Shown one piece after another: positions 19,241 to 29,503 of a stretch of 64,000 nt of DNA. Position 1 is the first letter of the stretch. Every line of letters starts with the position of its first letter. The translations under genes and the position numbers were made by a program. Below the pieces are notes generated by a model. It made no database searches. It saw nothing but the letters and a program-made list of their open reading frames with translations, and was not told the origin of the DNA. Origin of the DNA: an uncultured Lachnospiraceae bacterium (lineage in GTDB: Bacteria > Bacillota > Clostridia > Lachnospirales > Lachnospiraceae); assembly GCA_902788755.1 (NCBI GenBank), contig CADALB010000011.1, positions 3,059 to 67,058 of the forward strand, written 5' to 3'.

Positions 19241-20752
19241 TCAGAAATTAACGTAAATGAATTCAGCTACCTCAGACAGCGATAATACCGACCAGGTAAA
19301 CAGGATTACGGTGACGGCTACCTTTACTCCGGATGCCTTGAGCGTGTCGCATCGTTCGCGGACTGTTTTTGAGCAGGCAGAAAAATATATGGCTATCATT
19401 ACGAGAGCTATCCATATGATACATCCGCTGTAATATGTAAAACCCGGTGCCACTTTAAGGATTATCCATTGAAGAAGCTGACATTCAGTAGGAATGCATG
19501 CGGCTATAAGCGCATCGTTAAGAGGAACAAATCCTCCCGTAAACAGCTGACGAAGCATATCGAGGGCTACTGTTGTATCATCTGCCCTGAAGAACACCCA
19601 GGCAAGGTTAACAAAAACAAATGTAACTAACCAGCGTAGGAATTTCGGAGCCTTTGTGCTTACGGGGCTGATGAGTTTGCTGATTATGATTCCGATACCG
19701 TGAAGGGCTCCCCATACTACAAAGTGTGTTGCTGCTCCGTGCCACAGACCGCTCACAAGGAAAATAAACAGGTTATTCAGGTAAGTGCGAACCTTTCCCT
19801 TTCTGTTACCGCCCAAGGGAATATACAGATAGTTTCTAAAGAATCGTGTCAGAGAAATATGCCACCTCTTCCAGAATTCGGTTATTGACAGCGACCGGTA
19901 TGGGCCGTCAAAGTTTTCGCAAAGATCCAGATTCAGCATCAGACATATTCCCGAAGCAAGATCACAGTATCCCGAAAAATCAAAATATATCTGCAGTGTA
20001 TAAGATAATATCACAAGAATAGAATTGCTTGTCCCGAGATTAGGAATGTTTGCGTATCCGATATCAACAAATTTACCGAGATTGTCGGCAATCAGAAGTT
20101 TTTTGGAAAGACCGAGGGTAAATCTGTAGAACCCTTTTGCCATATTGTCATAGTTTATCTGTTTTCTTAAAGGGTCGTTAAACTGCGGGATCATCTCGGT
20201 TGTAAGAGCGATGGGTCCTACCGTTATTTTCGGAAAGAAACTGATAAACAGCAGATAATCGAGAGCAGAATATGATATTTCGGGATCACGGTAAGAATCC
20301 ACGATAAAGGCTATTTGTGAAAATGTAAAATAACTGATGCCTACCGGAACAACCACGGCTTCAAATGTAAAGGAAGGACCTCCGGCTTCGGCAGTCAGCT
20401 GCTCGATATATGAAAGATATCTGCAATAGACCAAAAAAGCGATGTTCAATACAACGCCTGTGATCATAAGCGATTTTCTGACGGCTTGGGATCTGCCGGA
20501 TGAAAGACCGAAATTTGCAATCAGGTAGCTTACCGCCGCGGAAGCAAGCAACGCAACAAGCCCCTTGATCCCGGGGGATAAAAGGGCATAAAAAACAAGC
20601 GAAGATATAAGCAGAACTATCTTGCCCGCAGTATACAGATTACGCGAGGAGGTTATCCAGTAAAGTATCAGCGTAATCGGAAGAAATATAAAAATAAAAG
20701 AATACGATGGAAGAACCATGCAATGATACCTTATTAGTTTAATCCGCTCCAT
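19241..20752 (-). CDS. MBOAT family O-acyltransferase (AlgI/DltB-like)
   Basis: Polytopic protein with RWHISLTRFFRNYLYIPLGGNR and the conserved His in GLWHGA. An alternative start at 20719 (MVLPSYSFIFIFLPI) is possible. Confidence 0.85.
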   Translation of the reverse strand: MERIKLIRYHCMVLPSYSFIFIFLPITLILYWITSSRNLYTAGKIVLLISSLVFYALLSPGIKGLVALLASAAVSYLIANFGLSSGRSQAVRKSLMITGVVLNIAFLVYCRYLSYIEQLTAEAGGPSFTFEAVVVPVGISYFTFSQIAFIVDSYRDPEISYSALDYLLFISFFPKITVGPIALTTEMIPQFNDPLRKQINYDNMAKGFYRFTLGLSKKLLIADNLGKFVDIGYANIPNLGTSNSILVILSYTLQIYFDFSGYCDLASGICLMLNLDLCENFDGPYRSLSITEFWKRWHISLTRFFRNYLYIPLGGNRKGKVRTYLNNLFIFLVSGLWHGAATHFVVWGALHGIGIIISKLISPVSTKAPKFLRWLVTFVFVNLAWVFFRADDTTVALDMLRQLFTGGFVPLNDALIAACIPTECQLLQWIILKVAPGFTYYSGCIIWIALVMIAIYFSACSKTVRERCDTLKASGVKVAVTVILFTWSVLSLSEVAEFIYVNF

Positions 20753-20782
20753 ATTATATCACACTTTTTTCACATCTTAGAA

Positions 20783-20811
20783 GTTGATTTTACGCGCTTT
20801 TATAACTATAA
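20783..20811 (+). promoter_or_regulatory. sigma-70-type promoter upstream of ftsH
   Basis: TTGATT (20783-20788), 17-nt spacer, TATAAT (20806-20811). Confidence 0.55.
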
Positions 20812-20853
20812 TAAACCGATACCCCATTAAGGAGGATTTCGAAGGAGATCATT

Positions 20854-22842
20854 ATGGATAACCAGAATAATAATTCGGGAAATAACAATAAAAATAAAAA
20901 ACAAAACCAGCAGATGCTTTTGATAATCATCGTTGTATCGGTTGTGTTGTTTGTCATACTTTCGTACATGAGAACTATGTTTTCCAGTGCGACAAACCAG
21001 AAGATAACATACGATGCATTCATCGAGAAAGTTGAAAACGGAGAAGTCGAAAGCGTTGTAATCGGAAATGACGAGATAACGATAATACCGAAGGGACAGG
21101 AAAATGTGTATGTTCCGATGAAGTATTATACGATTCCGGTATATGACGATTCTCTTCCGGACAGACTTCTTGAGGCCGGAGTAAAGTTTGAGCAAAAAGA
21201 GTCGGATTCATCATCCATGATCCTCTCTTTTGTACTGTCATATATATTGCCGATACTGATCTTCTGGCTTATCATCAGCTTCTTTATGAGAAGAATGGGC
21301 GGCGGCGGAATAATGGGAGTCGGAAAGAGCAATGCCAAGATGTACGTCCAGAAGGAGACGGGTGTTACATTCAAGGATGTTGCCGGACAGGATGAGGCCA
21401 AAGAGTCATTACAGGAGGTTGTTGATTTTCTCCATAATCCCGGAAAGTATGTCAAGATCGGTGCCAAGCTTCCGAAGGGTGCGCTTCTTGTGGGACCTCC
21501 CGGAACAGGTAAGACTCTTCTTGCCAAGGCGGTTGCAGGTGAAGCCCACGTTCCTTTCTTTTCTCTTGCAGGCTCGGATTTTGTAGAGATGTATGTAGGT
21601 GTCGGTGCATCAAGAGTAAGGGATCTGTTCAGGGATGCACAGAAGAACGCTCCCTGCATAATATTCATAGATGAGATTGATGCCATCGGAAAATCAAGGG
21701 ATTCGCGTTACGGAGGAGGAAATGACGAAAGAGAACAGACCCTTAACCAGCTTCTGTCGGAAATGGACGGTTTTGACAGTGCAAAGGGTATAATGATACT
21801 TGCCGCAACAAACAGACCGGAAATACTTGATAAAGCGCTTCTGCGTCCCGGACGTTTTGACAGAAGGATAATCGTTGACAAACCTGATCTTAAGGGACGT
21901 AAAGAGACGCTTAAGGTTCACTCGAAGGATGTTCTTCTTGATGATTCGGTAGATTTTGATGAGATCGCACTTGCTACGGCAGGAGCAGTTGGATCCGACC
22001 TTGCCAATATGGTAAACGAGGCTGCGATAAATGCCGTAAAGAGCGGCAGAGAAGCGGTCAACCAGAAGGATCTCCTTGAGGCCATCGAAGTTGTTATGAT
22101 GGGTAAAGAGAAGAAAGACCGGATAATGACCAAGAAAGAGCGCAAGATCGTATCGTATCATGAAATAGGACATGCACTTGCTTCCGCACTTCAGAAAAAT
22201 ACGGATCCCATCCAGAAGATCACCATAGTACCGAGGACAATGGGCGCTCTCGGATATGCATGGTATGTTCCGGAAGAGGAAAAGCATCTGGAGTCAAAAG
22301 AAGAGCTTTATGAACAGATAGTTACCGCTCTTGCCGGACGTGCAGCCGAGGAACTGATATTTGCTTCTATTACGAACGGAGCGAGCAATGATATAGAAAA
22401 GGCTACATCACTTGCAAGAGCTATGGTCACGCGATTCGGTATGTCGGAGAGGTTCGGACTTATCAAGCTTGAAAGTGTAGAGGACAGATATTTAAGCGGA
22501 CGCATGGTAATGGAATGTGCAGATGAAACTGCGGCCGGTGTTGATGAAGAAGTTATGAGGATACTGTCGGAGGCGTATGAGGAAGCGAAGCGTCTTCTTA
22601 ACGAAAACAGGGATCTTCTTGACAGGCTGGCGGAATATCTTCTTGAGAAGGAAAGTATAACCGGCAAACAGTTTATGGAAATATTCAGAACCAAATATCC
22701 TGAAGAGGAGAAATCCGAAGATGAGTCGGAAGGAGACACCACCGAAGACAAAACCGGCCCGGATGAAGTCCTGACGGAGGATACAGTTCGGGAATATCAT
22801 GAGAACACACATAAAGGTACGATAGTAGACGCGACAGTATGA
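20854..22842 (+). CDS. ftsH: ATP-dependent zinc metalloprotease FtsH
   Basis: AAGGAG RBS, N-terminal TM helices, Walker [12 protein letters not shown] region, zinc motif HEIGHAL. Confidence 0.95.
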   Translation: MDNQNNNSGNNNKNKKQNQQMLLIIIVVSVVLFVILSYMRTMFSSATNQKITYDAFIEKVENGEVESVVIGNDEITIIPKGQENVYVPMKYYTIPVYDDSLPDRLLEAGVKFEQKESDSSSMILSFVLSYILPILIFWLIISFFMRRMGGGGIMGVGKSNAKMYVQKETGVTFKDVAGQDEAKESLQEVVDFLHNPGKYVKIGAKLPKGALLVGPPGTGKTLLAKAVAGEAHVPFFSLAGSDFVEMYVGVGASRVRDLFRDAQKNAPCIIFIDEIDAIGKSRDSRYGGGNDEREQTLNQLLSEMDGFDSAKGIMILAATNRPEILDKALLRPGRFDRRIIVDKPDLKGRKETLKVHSKDVLLDDSVDFDEIALATAGAVGSDLANMVNEAAINAVKSGREAVNQKDLLEAIEVVMMGKEKKDRIMTKKERKIVSYHEIGHALASALQKNTDPIQKITIVPRTMGALGYAWYVPEEEKHLESKEELYEQIVTALAGRAAEELIFASITNGASNDIEKATSLARAMVTRFGMSERFGLIKLESVEDRYLSGRMVMECADETAAGVDEEVMRILSEAYEEAKRLLNENRDLLDRLAEYLLEKESITGKQFMEIFRTKYPEEEKSEDESEGDTTEDKTGPDEVLTEDTVREYHENTHKGTIVDATV

Positions 22843-23906
22843 TTTTTGATAAGAAGGAACCAAACGGGGAGAGTTACTCTAACAGATCATACAGATTTAT
22901 GATAGTCGGAACTGTGATCATGATCGTTGCAGCGGTTGTCACGGGGATTATTTTTCGTGTTATCACTAAAATGATCAGAAATGTGGAGCAGGAGCAGACG
23001 ATGGAGTATGATCTTCACTATGCTTTTGTTGTTGAGGACTCGGACAGTGATTTCTGGCAGGAAGTTTTTGATGCGGCAGATGAGCAGGCAAGAGAGTACA
23101 ATATTTATCTTGAAGATATAGGCAACAATCTCGGAAGAGAATATTCCACGGAAGATATTCTGCGTATAGCAGTTAATTCCGGGGTGGACGGAATAGTATA
23201 CTCCGGGGCGGTAAGCGACAAAGTGGCTGATCTGATCGACAGTGCAGCCGATAATGGAACAGGCGTCGTTGTTCTCCAGAATGATGTTGAAAAATCAAAA
23301 CGTCAATGCTATGTCGGCCTTAATTATTATGAGCTTGGCCAGATGTATGCAACACAGGTTGAAAAGCTTGTCGATACTGCAAACATGGAAGAAACATCCA
23401 TCGATATACTGGTTGATACGGATATGTCGGAGGGGGCTTCAAACCTTATAGTTATGGCAATTGAGGACTATCTTCGCGAAAAGAACGAGGAGGAGTTTCT
23501 TCCGGAGATAGTTGTAACAAGAATAGAGGCGGAAGATATATTCAGTGCGGAAGAGAGTATCAGAAACATATTTCTGGAGAAAGAAAACCTTCCGGACATA
23601 ATGCTGTGCGTCAACAGCGTATATACCCGTTGTGCATATCAGGCTGTTGTTGACTATAATCTGGTGGGAGAGATCCAGATAATAGGATACTTTGCGAATG
23701 ATACGATTCTTGATGCTGTTGATAAGCAGGTCATCTTTTCCACAATTTCGGTTGATACGCAGGAGATGGGAAAATCATGTATTCAGGCATTGTATGAGTA
23801 CAACAATATGGGTTACACCAACTCATATCTGCCGGTAGGGGTTGAAGTTGTGGACCAGAACAAGGCACATAATATGATAAGCGAAAAAGCGGACAGGACG
23901 GAGTGA
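22839..23906 (+). CDS. membrane-anchored periplasmic-binding-protein-fold sugar sensor (accessory to the kinase)
   Basis: ATGA overlap with the ftsH stop. One TM helix, then a Peripla_BP-like domain (GVDGIVYSG..., GVVVLQND). Directly upstream of the histidine kinase. Confidence 0.7.
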   Translation: MIFDKKEPNGESYSNRSYRFMIVGTVIMIVAAVVTGIIFRVITKMIRNVEQEQTMEYDLHYAFVVEDSDSDFWQEVFDAADEQAREYNIYLEDIGNNLGREYSTEDILRIAVNSGVDGIVYSGAVSDKVADLIDSAADNGTGVVVLQNDVEKSKRQCYVGLNYYELGQMYATQVEKLVDTANMEETSIDILVDTDMSEGASNLIVMAIEDYLREKNEEEFLPEIVVTRIEAEDIFSAEESIRNIFLEKENLPDIMLCVNSVYTRCAYQAVVDYNLVGEIQIIGYFANDTILDAVDKQVIFSTISVDTQEMGKSCIQALYEYNNMGYTNSYLPVGVEVVDQNKAHNMISEKADRTE

Positions 23907-23908
23907 TA

Positions 23909-25402
23909 ATGACCGGAGCGATCAGAAGAAAATGGAATAACGCTTCGGTAAGATCCAAGATGCTGGTCGCTTTTATCATTCCGGTCATACTTATCCTTGC
24001 TGTCAATATTTATATGTACATAAGTATAAATACGATGATCGAAAGGGTTGATGAGATCTATGTCGTAAACGTGAGCCTTAATGAGCTGTCCGACAACCTT
24101 ACCGCATTGCAGAATTCCATGAGGGAGTATCTGGAAAGTAAGGGAACAAGCGCACTTAACGATTATTATAAGGCTGAACAGGATTACAGAAACGGACTGG
24201 CCACACTTGATCTTAAAAACTCGGGAACCGCCGTCTATGCCATGCAGGAAAACATAGTTCATCAGTCAGAAAAATATCTCAGGACGGCCGGAGAGACAAT
24301 AACCGCAAAACGTGGAAGAAATATTGAAAAATACAAGTCCTCCTACGAAGAAACCGTTGAAATGTATTCCGATCTTCAGACATGCATCTACTCTCTCAAC
24401 AACAACCAGTTCAAGAAGAATACATCCGATTACAGCATTCTGCTGTCGTCTCTTAGATACATGGAAATGATAACGATACTTATTCTGTTTTTTATAGGAT
24501 TTGTAAATGTTATTGTCGTGTTTCTCATGACAAAGAGTATGACACTTCCTCTAATAGACCTGTCACAGGCTGCAAATGAAGTTGCAGAAGGAAACTTTGA
24601 TGTGAATGTTCAGGTAGCCGAGGGCGGTGACGAGATAAGCGTAGTGTCCAAGGCATTTAAGCAGATGCTTGCAAGTATCCAGAGATATATTGCCGAGATT
24701 AAGGACAGCGTCATGCGTGAAAGCATGCTCAAAGAACATGAACTAGTAATGGAAAACCGAATGAAGGAGGTTCAGCTTCGTTCTCTTCAGGCCCAGATCA
24801 ATCCGCATTTCCTGTTTAATACTTTAAATGCCGGAGAGCAGCTTGCCATGATGGAGGGAGCGGACAAGACTACCGAATTCATTGAGAACATGGCTGATTT
24901 TTTCAGATATAATATTAAGAAGATAAATAATGATGCCACTATCGGAGAAGAAGTAGCTCTTGTGGATAAATATGTTTACATTCTGAATGTAAGGTTTACC
25001 GGAGAGATACATTATTCCAAAGATGTAGACGAGGATGTTGCCCATGTGCGTGTTCCGAGTATGATCCTGCAGCCGATAGTTGAAAATGCGGTAAATTACG
25101 GCATAAGGGATATCGACTGGGAAGGACACATTGACCTTAAGGTTTATAAAGAGAATGGATATGTTCTTCTGTCCATAAAGGATAACGGTATCGGTATGGA
25201 AAGAGAGCAGATAGAGAGGATACTCTCCGGAGAAGCCGTGGGTGAGGTATCGGCGGATCATGCGGCATCCAACGGTATCGGTCTTGGAAACGTTATTGAG
25301 AGACTCCAGATATTTACTGGCAGAAGTGATGTAATGGAAATCTTCAGTGAAGGTAGGAACAAAGGAACGGAATTTATTATAAAGGTGCCACTGCATGTAT
25401 AG
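23909..25402 (+). CDS. sensor histidine kinase, YesM/LytS type
   Basis: ATG 23909 is preceded by GGACGGAG; the track start is GTG 23903. Two TM helices, a HAMP region, QINPHFLFNTLN His-kinase block, NGIGLGNV ATPase block. Confidence 0.85.
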   Translation: MTGAIRRKWNNASVRSKMLVAFIIPVILILAVNIYMYISINTMIERVDEIYVVNVSLNELSDNLTALQNSMREYLESKGTSALNDYYKAEQDYRNGLATLDLKNSGTAVYAMQENIVHQSEKYLRTAGETITAKRGRNIEKYKSSYEETVEMYSDLQTCIYSLNNNQFKKNTSDYSILLSSLRYMEMITILILFFIGFVNVIVVFLMTKSMTLPLIDLSQAANEVAEGNFDVNVQVAEGGDEISVVSKAFKQMLASIQRYIAEIKDSVMRESMLKEHELVMENRMKEVQLRSLQAQINPHFLFNTLNAGEQLAMMEGADKTTEFIENMADFFRYNIKKINNDATIGEEVALVDKYVYILNVRFTGEIHYSKDVDEDVAHVRVPSMILQPIVENAVNYGIRDIDWEGHIDLKVYKENGYVLLSIKDNGIGMEREQIERILSGEAVGEVSADHAASNGIGLGNVIERLQIFTGRSDVMEIFSEGRNKGTEFIIKVPLHV

Positions 25403-27005
25403 AATTTTACTGGCTGACGATGAAGGAATTGTTATCAATTCGTTATCGATGATAATAACCAAAAATTTCGAATCACAGTTTGAGATTGAAACAGCAAAGT
25501 CCGGAAGAATGGCGATTGAGGTTGCTGACCGTTTCAGACCCGATATCATTTTTATGGATATCCAGATGCCGGGAATAAACGGTATCGAGGCAATGAAAGA
25601 GATCAGATCCATACTTCCGTCGGTTATATTTGTTGTTCTGACCGCATATGATAAATTTGATTATGCCAAGGAGGCCATCAGCCTCGGCGTTATCGATTAT
25701 CTGAACAAGCCCTATAATCAGAAATCTATCGTTAATGTCATTAACAAAGGGATAGAAGAGCTTGATATGAGGCGCGAGAAAAGAAGACAGGATCTTCAGA
25801 CAAAAGAGCGCCTTGAAACGGTTGTTCCGATCATTGAAAACGGATTCATATCCAGCATAATCTTTGAAGAACCCTTTGAGGAAGACATAGATAACTACAA
25901 GAGCCTTCTCGGTATAGACAGCTCATACGGATATATGGCAGCTGTAATGTTCGGGGATATGCAGCAGGGGAGTCATCTGACAAATGCGGTAGGCTCGGCA
26001 GTGAGGGCACAGACTGTTTATTATACGAAGGTACGGGATATTATAAAGGATACTTTTCCCGATGCGGTTGTAGGCAGCATAAGCTCCAACAAGATACCTC
26101 TTTTTGTTCCGAGAAACGATATGTCTATGGAGTACAACGAAAGGGATGATCTTATCGAAAAGTCAAGGGTTGCTGTCAGGGAGATGCGAAATGCCACGGA
26201 TATACAGTACCGTATCGGAATAGGCGGAATAAAGCGTCTGAAGAGCTGTCACGAATCATATGAGGAAGCCCTTAAAGCCCTGTATTCAACAAAGGGAAGC
26301 GTGGCCCACGTTGATGATCTGCCCATTGCGGTATCCTATGAGGAGAGCTACCCTTCAGATATCGAGAACGAAATATTCGAGAAGCTTAGGGACGGAGACG
26401 TGGACGGGTGCCTGTTAAGTTCCGGCAGATTTTTTGACTGGATGAGCGGCAAGTATTCCGATGATGTTATGAGCATCAAGTTAAAATCATTGGAGTTCGT
26501 TCTTCGCGCGGAAAGTGATATGTACAAAAGCGGAGGACACCTGTACGAATTCGAGAGCCGCAAGAATTATCTGTCTGACATAAACGGTATGTCTTCAATG
26601 GAAGAAATAAAAACATGGTTTATCGACAAGATGAAGACCGCAGCTTCCAATATGACCACCGGAACGAGTGACCACACACATTATCTGATAAAGCAGGCAC
26701 TTGAGTACATTGAGAACAATACGGAAAAGGACATTTCATTAAATGAGATTTCCGAAATGCTCAATATCAGTTCCTATTATTTCAGCAAGCTCTTCAAAGA
26801 GGAAACCGGAGAAGGCTTTGTTGAGTTTCTTACGAAAAAAAGAGTTGATAAGGCAAAAGAGCTGCTTAAGGATCCTGCAAAGAGTATCAAGGAAGTCGGC
26901 AGTGACTGCGGATACTCGGATCCAAATTACTTCTCAAGAATTTTTAAGAAAGCAACGGGAATGACACCTACTGAGTACAAGGAGAGAGCCGGAAGTGGAC
27001 TATAG
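25395..27005 (+). CDS. response regulator with AraC-type HTH output (YesN-like)
   Basis: Receiver domain (ILLADDE..., FMDIQMPG) and C-terminal AraC HTH (YFSKLFKEETG, DPNYFSRIFKKATGMTPTEYK). Overlaps the kinase stop by 8 nt. Confidence 0.9.
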   Translation: MYRILLADDEGIVINSLSMIITKNFESQFEIETAKSGRMAIEVADRFRPDIIFMDIQMPGINGIEAMKEIRSILPSVIFVVLTAYDKFDYAKEAISLGVIDYLNKPYNQKSIVNVINKGIEELDMRREKRRQDLQTKERLETVVPIIENGFISSIIFEEPFEEDIDNYKSLLGIDSSYGYMAAVMFGDMQQGSHLTNAVGSAVRAQTVYYTKVRDIIKDTFPDAVVGSISSNKIPLFVPRNDMSMEYNERDDLIEKSRVAVREMRNATDIQYRIGIGGIKRLKSCHESYEEALKALYSTKGSVAHVDDLPIAVSYEESYPSDIENEIFEKLRDGDVDGCLLSSGRFFDWMSGKYSDDVMSIKLKSLEFVLRAESDMYKSGGHLYEFESRKNYLSDINGMSSMEEIKTWFIDKMKTAASNMTTGTSDHTHYLIKQALEYIENNTEKDISLNEISEMLNISSYYFSKLFKEETGEGFVEFLTKKRVDKAKELLKDPAKSIKEVGSDCGYSDPNYFSRIFKKATGMTPTEYKERAGSGL

Positions 27006-28026
27006 AAGAACTCTGATTGCAATAGCTGCATTAATTGTATTGGGATTGACGGGATGCGCCTCTGCGACACCCAAAAACGCACCGCAGCCCGAGCAGAAAG
27101 ATGACAGCATCCAGATAGGACTGTCCATAGATTCCCTTCTTATAGAGAGGTGGTCGAGAGAACGAGATCTTTTTGTGTCAAAAGCGCAGGAACTGGGCGC
27201 CGAGGTAAATGTCCAGAACGCCAACGGAGAAGTCGAAGAGCAGATAAAACAGATACAGTACTTTATCGACAAGAAAATGGATGTCATTGTCGTGATAGCC
27301 ATAGATGATATTGCTCTTAAGGATACTGTTGCGGCAGCCAAAAAGGAAGGGATAAAGGTTATCGCCTATGACCGGCCCATCAGAAATGCAAATGTAGATC
27401 TGTACCTTTCGGTTGATAACGAAAAGGTAGGAGAGCTGATGGCGGAATACATAAGGAAATATATAGGTAATGAAGGGACGATCATCCAGGTGAAAGGATC
27501 GCCTACCGATTACAATGTACAGATGGTACAGGAGGGATTTGAAAGGATACTTTCCACTACAAAGATAAAGATAGATTATGCGGAGTATTCCAACGGATGG
27601 GTTGCGGAAAACGGATTTACCGTGACTGATGAGTACCTTAAGACAGGAAAGGTACCTGATGCCATAATGTGCGGAAATGATAATCTGGCGGCTCATGCCA
27701 TAAGGGCTCTTATAGAAAAAAGACTGGGCGGAAAAGTATGTGTGGTCGGACAGGACGCCGATCTTGAGGCATGTCAGAGGATAGTCGAAGGAACGCAATA
27801 TATGACTGTGTACAAGCCGGTGGAAAAGCTTGCCATAAGAGCGGCCGAAAGAGCGGTTGACATGGCAGGAGGTGTTCCGCTCGGACTCAAGGATACTTTT
27901 AACGACGGAACCTATGACGTTCCCTATGAAAGACTTGAGCCTATAGCTGTAACAAAGGCCAATATGGATGAAGTGATAACCGGGAAATATCACCAGAAAA
28001 ACGAGATTTACCTTAATGTTCAGTGA
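26995..28026 (+). CDS. lipoprotein, XylF-like sugar-binding protein (second sensor-type binding protein)
   Basis: GTG start with AGGAGAG upstream; overlaps the regulator gene by 11 nt. Lipobox LGLTGC and a Peripla_BP domain (VIVVIAID, KVIAYDRP). Confidence 0.8.
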   Translation: MDYRRTLIAIAALIVLGLTGCASATPKNAPQPEQKDDSIQIGLSIDSLLIERWSRERDLFVSKAQELGAEVNVQNANGEVEEQIKQIQYFIDKKMDVIVVIAIDDIALKDTVAAAKKEGIKVIAYDRPIRNANVDLYLSVDNEKVGELMAEYIRKYIGNEGTIIQVKGSPTDYNVQMVQEGFERILSTTKIKIDYAEYSNGWVAENGFTVTDEYLKTGKVPDAIMCGNDNLAAHAIRALIEKRLGGKVCVVGQDADLEACQRIVEGTQYMTVYKPVEKLAIRAAERAVDMAGGVPLGLKDTFNDGTYDVPYERLEPIAVTKANMDEVITGKYHQKNEIYLNVQ

Positions 28027-28051
28027 CTTTCAATATCATATAAAAGAATGA

Positions 28052-28103
28052 CTAGCACAATTTTGCGGATACTGTAACAAAATTGTGCTAGTTTTGTTTT
28101 TTT
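28052..28103 (+). terminator. intrinsic terminator after the sensor module
   Basis: Perfect 14-bp stem CTAGCACAATTTTG / CAAAATTGTGCTAG with a 12-nt loop, followed by TTTTGTTTTTTT. Confidence 0.8.
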
Positions 28104-28177
28104 ACGAAAAAGGTTGATAAAAAAATGAAGAAATCAACAAGTCTTTCTAGATTGCATCGTGATATCGTGTTAACTGT

Positions 28178-28198
28178 CGGGTGACATAGTGTCATCCG
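28178..28198 (+). promoter_or_regulatory. 5' leader hairpin / palindrome just upstream of the RBS of the ABC binding-protein gene
   Basis: CGGGTGAC-ATAGT-GTCATCCG, 8 bp including one G-T. A tandem ATCGTG-N2-ATCGTG direct repeat lies about 10 nt further upstream (28155-28168). Confidence 0.3.
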
Positions 28199-28223
28199 GA
28201 GAAAATTTAAGGGAGGACAAAAA

Positions 28224-29393
28224 ATGTCTAGAAAAGTATTATCAGTATTACTTGCAACAGCAATGACAGCTTCTCTTCTTGTTGGATGTGGCGCTTCTGC
28301 TGCAGCACCTGCTGCAACTGAAGAAGCAGCACCTGCAGCAACCGAGGAAGCAGCACCTGCAGATGATGCAGCAGCAACTGAGGAAGCAGCTCCCGCTGCT
28401 GACGAAGCTACAGCAGGCAAGAAGGTTGGCGTAGCAATGCCTACTAAGGACCTTCAGAGATGGAACCAGGATGGTTCTAACATGCAGGAGCAGCTTGAAG
28501 CAGCAGGTTACGAAGTTGACCTTCAGTACGCTTCAAACGACGTTCAGACTCAGGTTTCTCAGATTGAGAACATGATCAACGGTGGATGTGATGTTCTTGT
28601 TATCGCTTCTATCGACGGTGAGTCACTCGGTACAGTTCTTGAGACAGCTAAGGCAGCAGAAATTCCTGTTATCGCTTATGACCGTCTTATCATGAACACA
28701 GATGCAGTTTCTTACTATGCTACATTCGATAACTACATGGTAGGTACAAAGCAGGGTCAGTACATCATTGATACACTTGATCTTGACAATGCAGAAGGAC
28801 CTTTCAACATGGAGATCACAGGTGGTGACCCCGGTGACAACAACGCTAAGTACTTCTACAATGGTGCTATGGATCTTCTTAAGCCCTACATCGAGAGCGG
28901 CAAGATCGTTGTTAAGTCAGGCCAGGTAGACTTCGAGCAGGTTGCAACAGCTTCATGGGCAACAGAGAATGCTCAGTCAAGAATGGAGAACATCCTTTCT
29001 TCTAACTACGCTGATGGCACAAACCTTGACATCGCACTTTGCTCAAACGACTCTACAGCACTTGGTGTTGAGAACGCACTTGCAGCAAACTACAAGGGTA
29101 AATATCCTATCATCACCGGTCAGGACTGTGACGTTGCAAACGTTAAGAACATGATCGATGGCAAGCAGTCAATGTCTATCTTCAAGGATACACGTACACT
29201 TGCAGCTCAGGTTGTTAAGATGGTTGGACAGATCCTTAAGGGCGAGACAGTTGATGTAAACGATACAACGACTTATGACAATGGTAAGGGGGTTGTTCCT
29301 TCATTCCTTTGCGAGCCTGTATTCGCTGATATCAACAACTACAAAGAGATTCTTATCGACAGCGGTTACTACACAGAGGCTGACCTTCAGTAA
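28224..29393 (+). CDS. sugar ABC transporter substrate-binding lipoprotein (ChvE / multiple-monosaccharide type)
   Basis: AGGGAGG RBS, lipobox LLVGC, Ala/Pro/Glu linker, then a CUT2 binding-protein domain (KVGVAMPTKDLQRWNQDG, VIAYDRLI). Codon usage looks biased toward highly expressed genes. Confidence 0.85.
   Translation: MSRKVLSVLLATAMTASLLVGCGASAAAPAATEEAAPAATEEAAPADDAAATEEAAPAADEATAGKKVGVAMPTKDLQRWNQDGSNMQEQLEAAGYEVDLQYASNDVQTQVSQIENMINGGCDVLVIASIDGESLGTVLETAKAAEIPVIAYDRLIMNTDAVSYYATFDNYMVGTKQGQYIIDTLDLDNAEGPFNMEITGGDPGDNNAKYFYNGAMDLLKPYIESGKIVVKSGQVDFEQVATASWATENAQSRMENILSSNYADGTNLDIALCSNDSTALGVENALAANYKGKYPIITGQDCDVANVKNMIDGKQSMSIFKDTRTLAAQVVKMVGQILKGETVDVNDTTTYDNGKGVVPSFLCEPVFADINNYKEILIDSGYYTEADLQ
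28303..28407 (+). repeat. in-frame 24-nt tandem repeats encoding the AAPAATEE linker
   Basis: GCAGCACCTGC(T/A)GCAAC(T/C)GA(A/G)GAA occurs twice perfectly in frame, followed by two degenerate units. Confidence 0.7.
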
Positions 29394-29422
29394 TAGCGGC
29401 TACAGAGTAATCTAGACTAACT

Positions 29423-29450
29423 AAACAGGCGGGCTTTTACCCGCCTGTTT
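29423..29450 (+). terminator. intercistronic stem-loop (partial terminator or mRNA stabiliser) between binding-protein and ATPase genes
   Basis: Perfect 11-bp stem AAACAGGCGGG / CCCGCCTGTTT with a 6-nt loop. The T residues are part of the stem. Confidence 0.55.
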
Positions 29451-29503
29451 GCTAGAAAAAAATATGCAAGGTATCATAATAATGGGTTTAGGAGGGATAC
29501 ATT

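Noticed and set aside
24824-25612. Long minus-strand ORFs opposite the kinase/regulator genes; also 27178-27993, 33446-34096, 21126-21686, 32007-32570, 36376-36945 and 37331-37879
   Set aside because: Each overlaps a plus-strand gene with strong motif support (histidine kinase, binding protein, uvrC, ftsH, permeases, glcK, murB). None shows a recognisable domain or translation signals.
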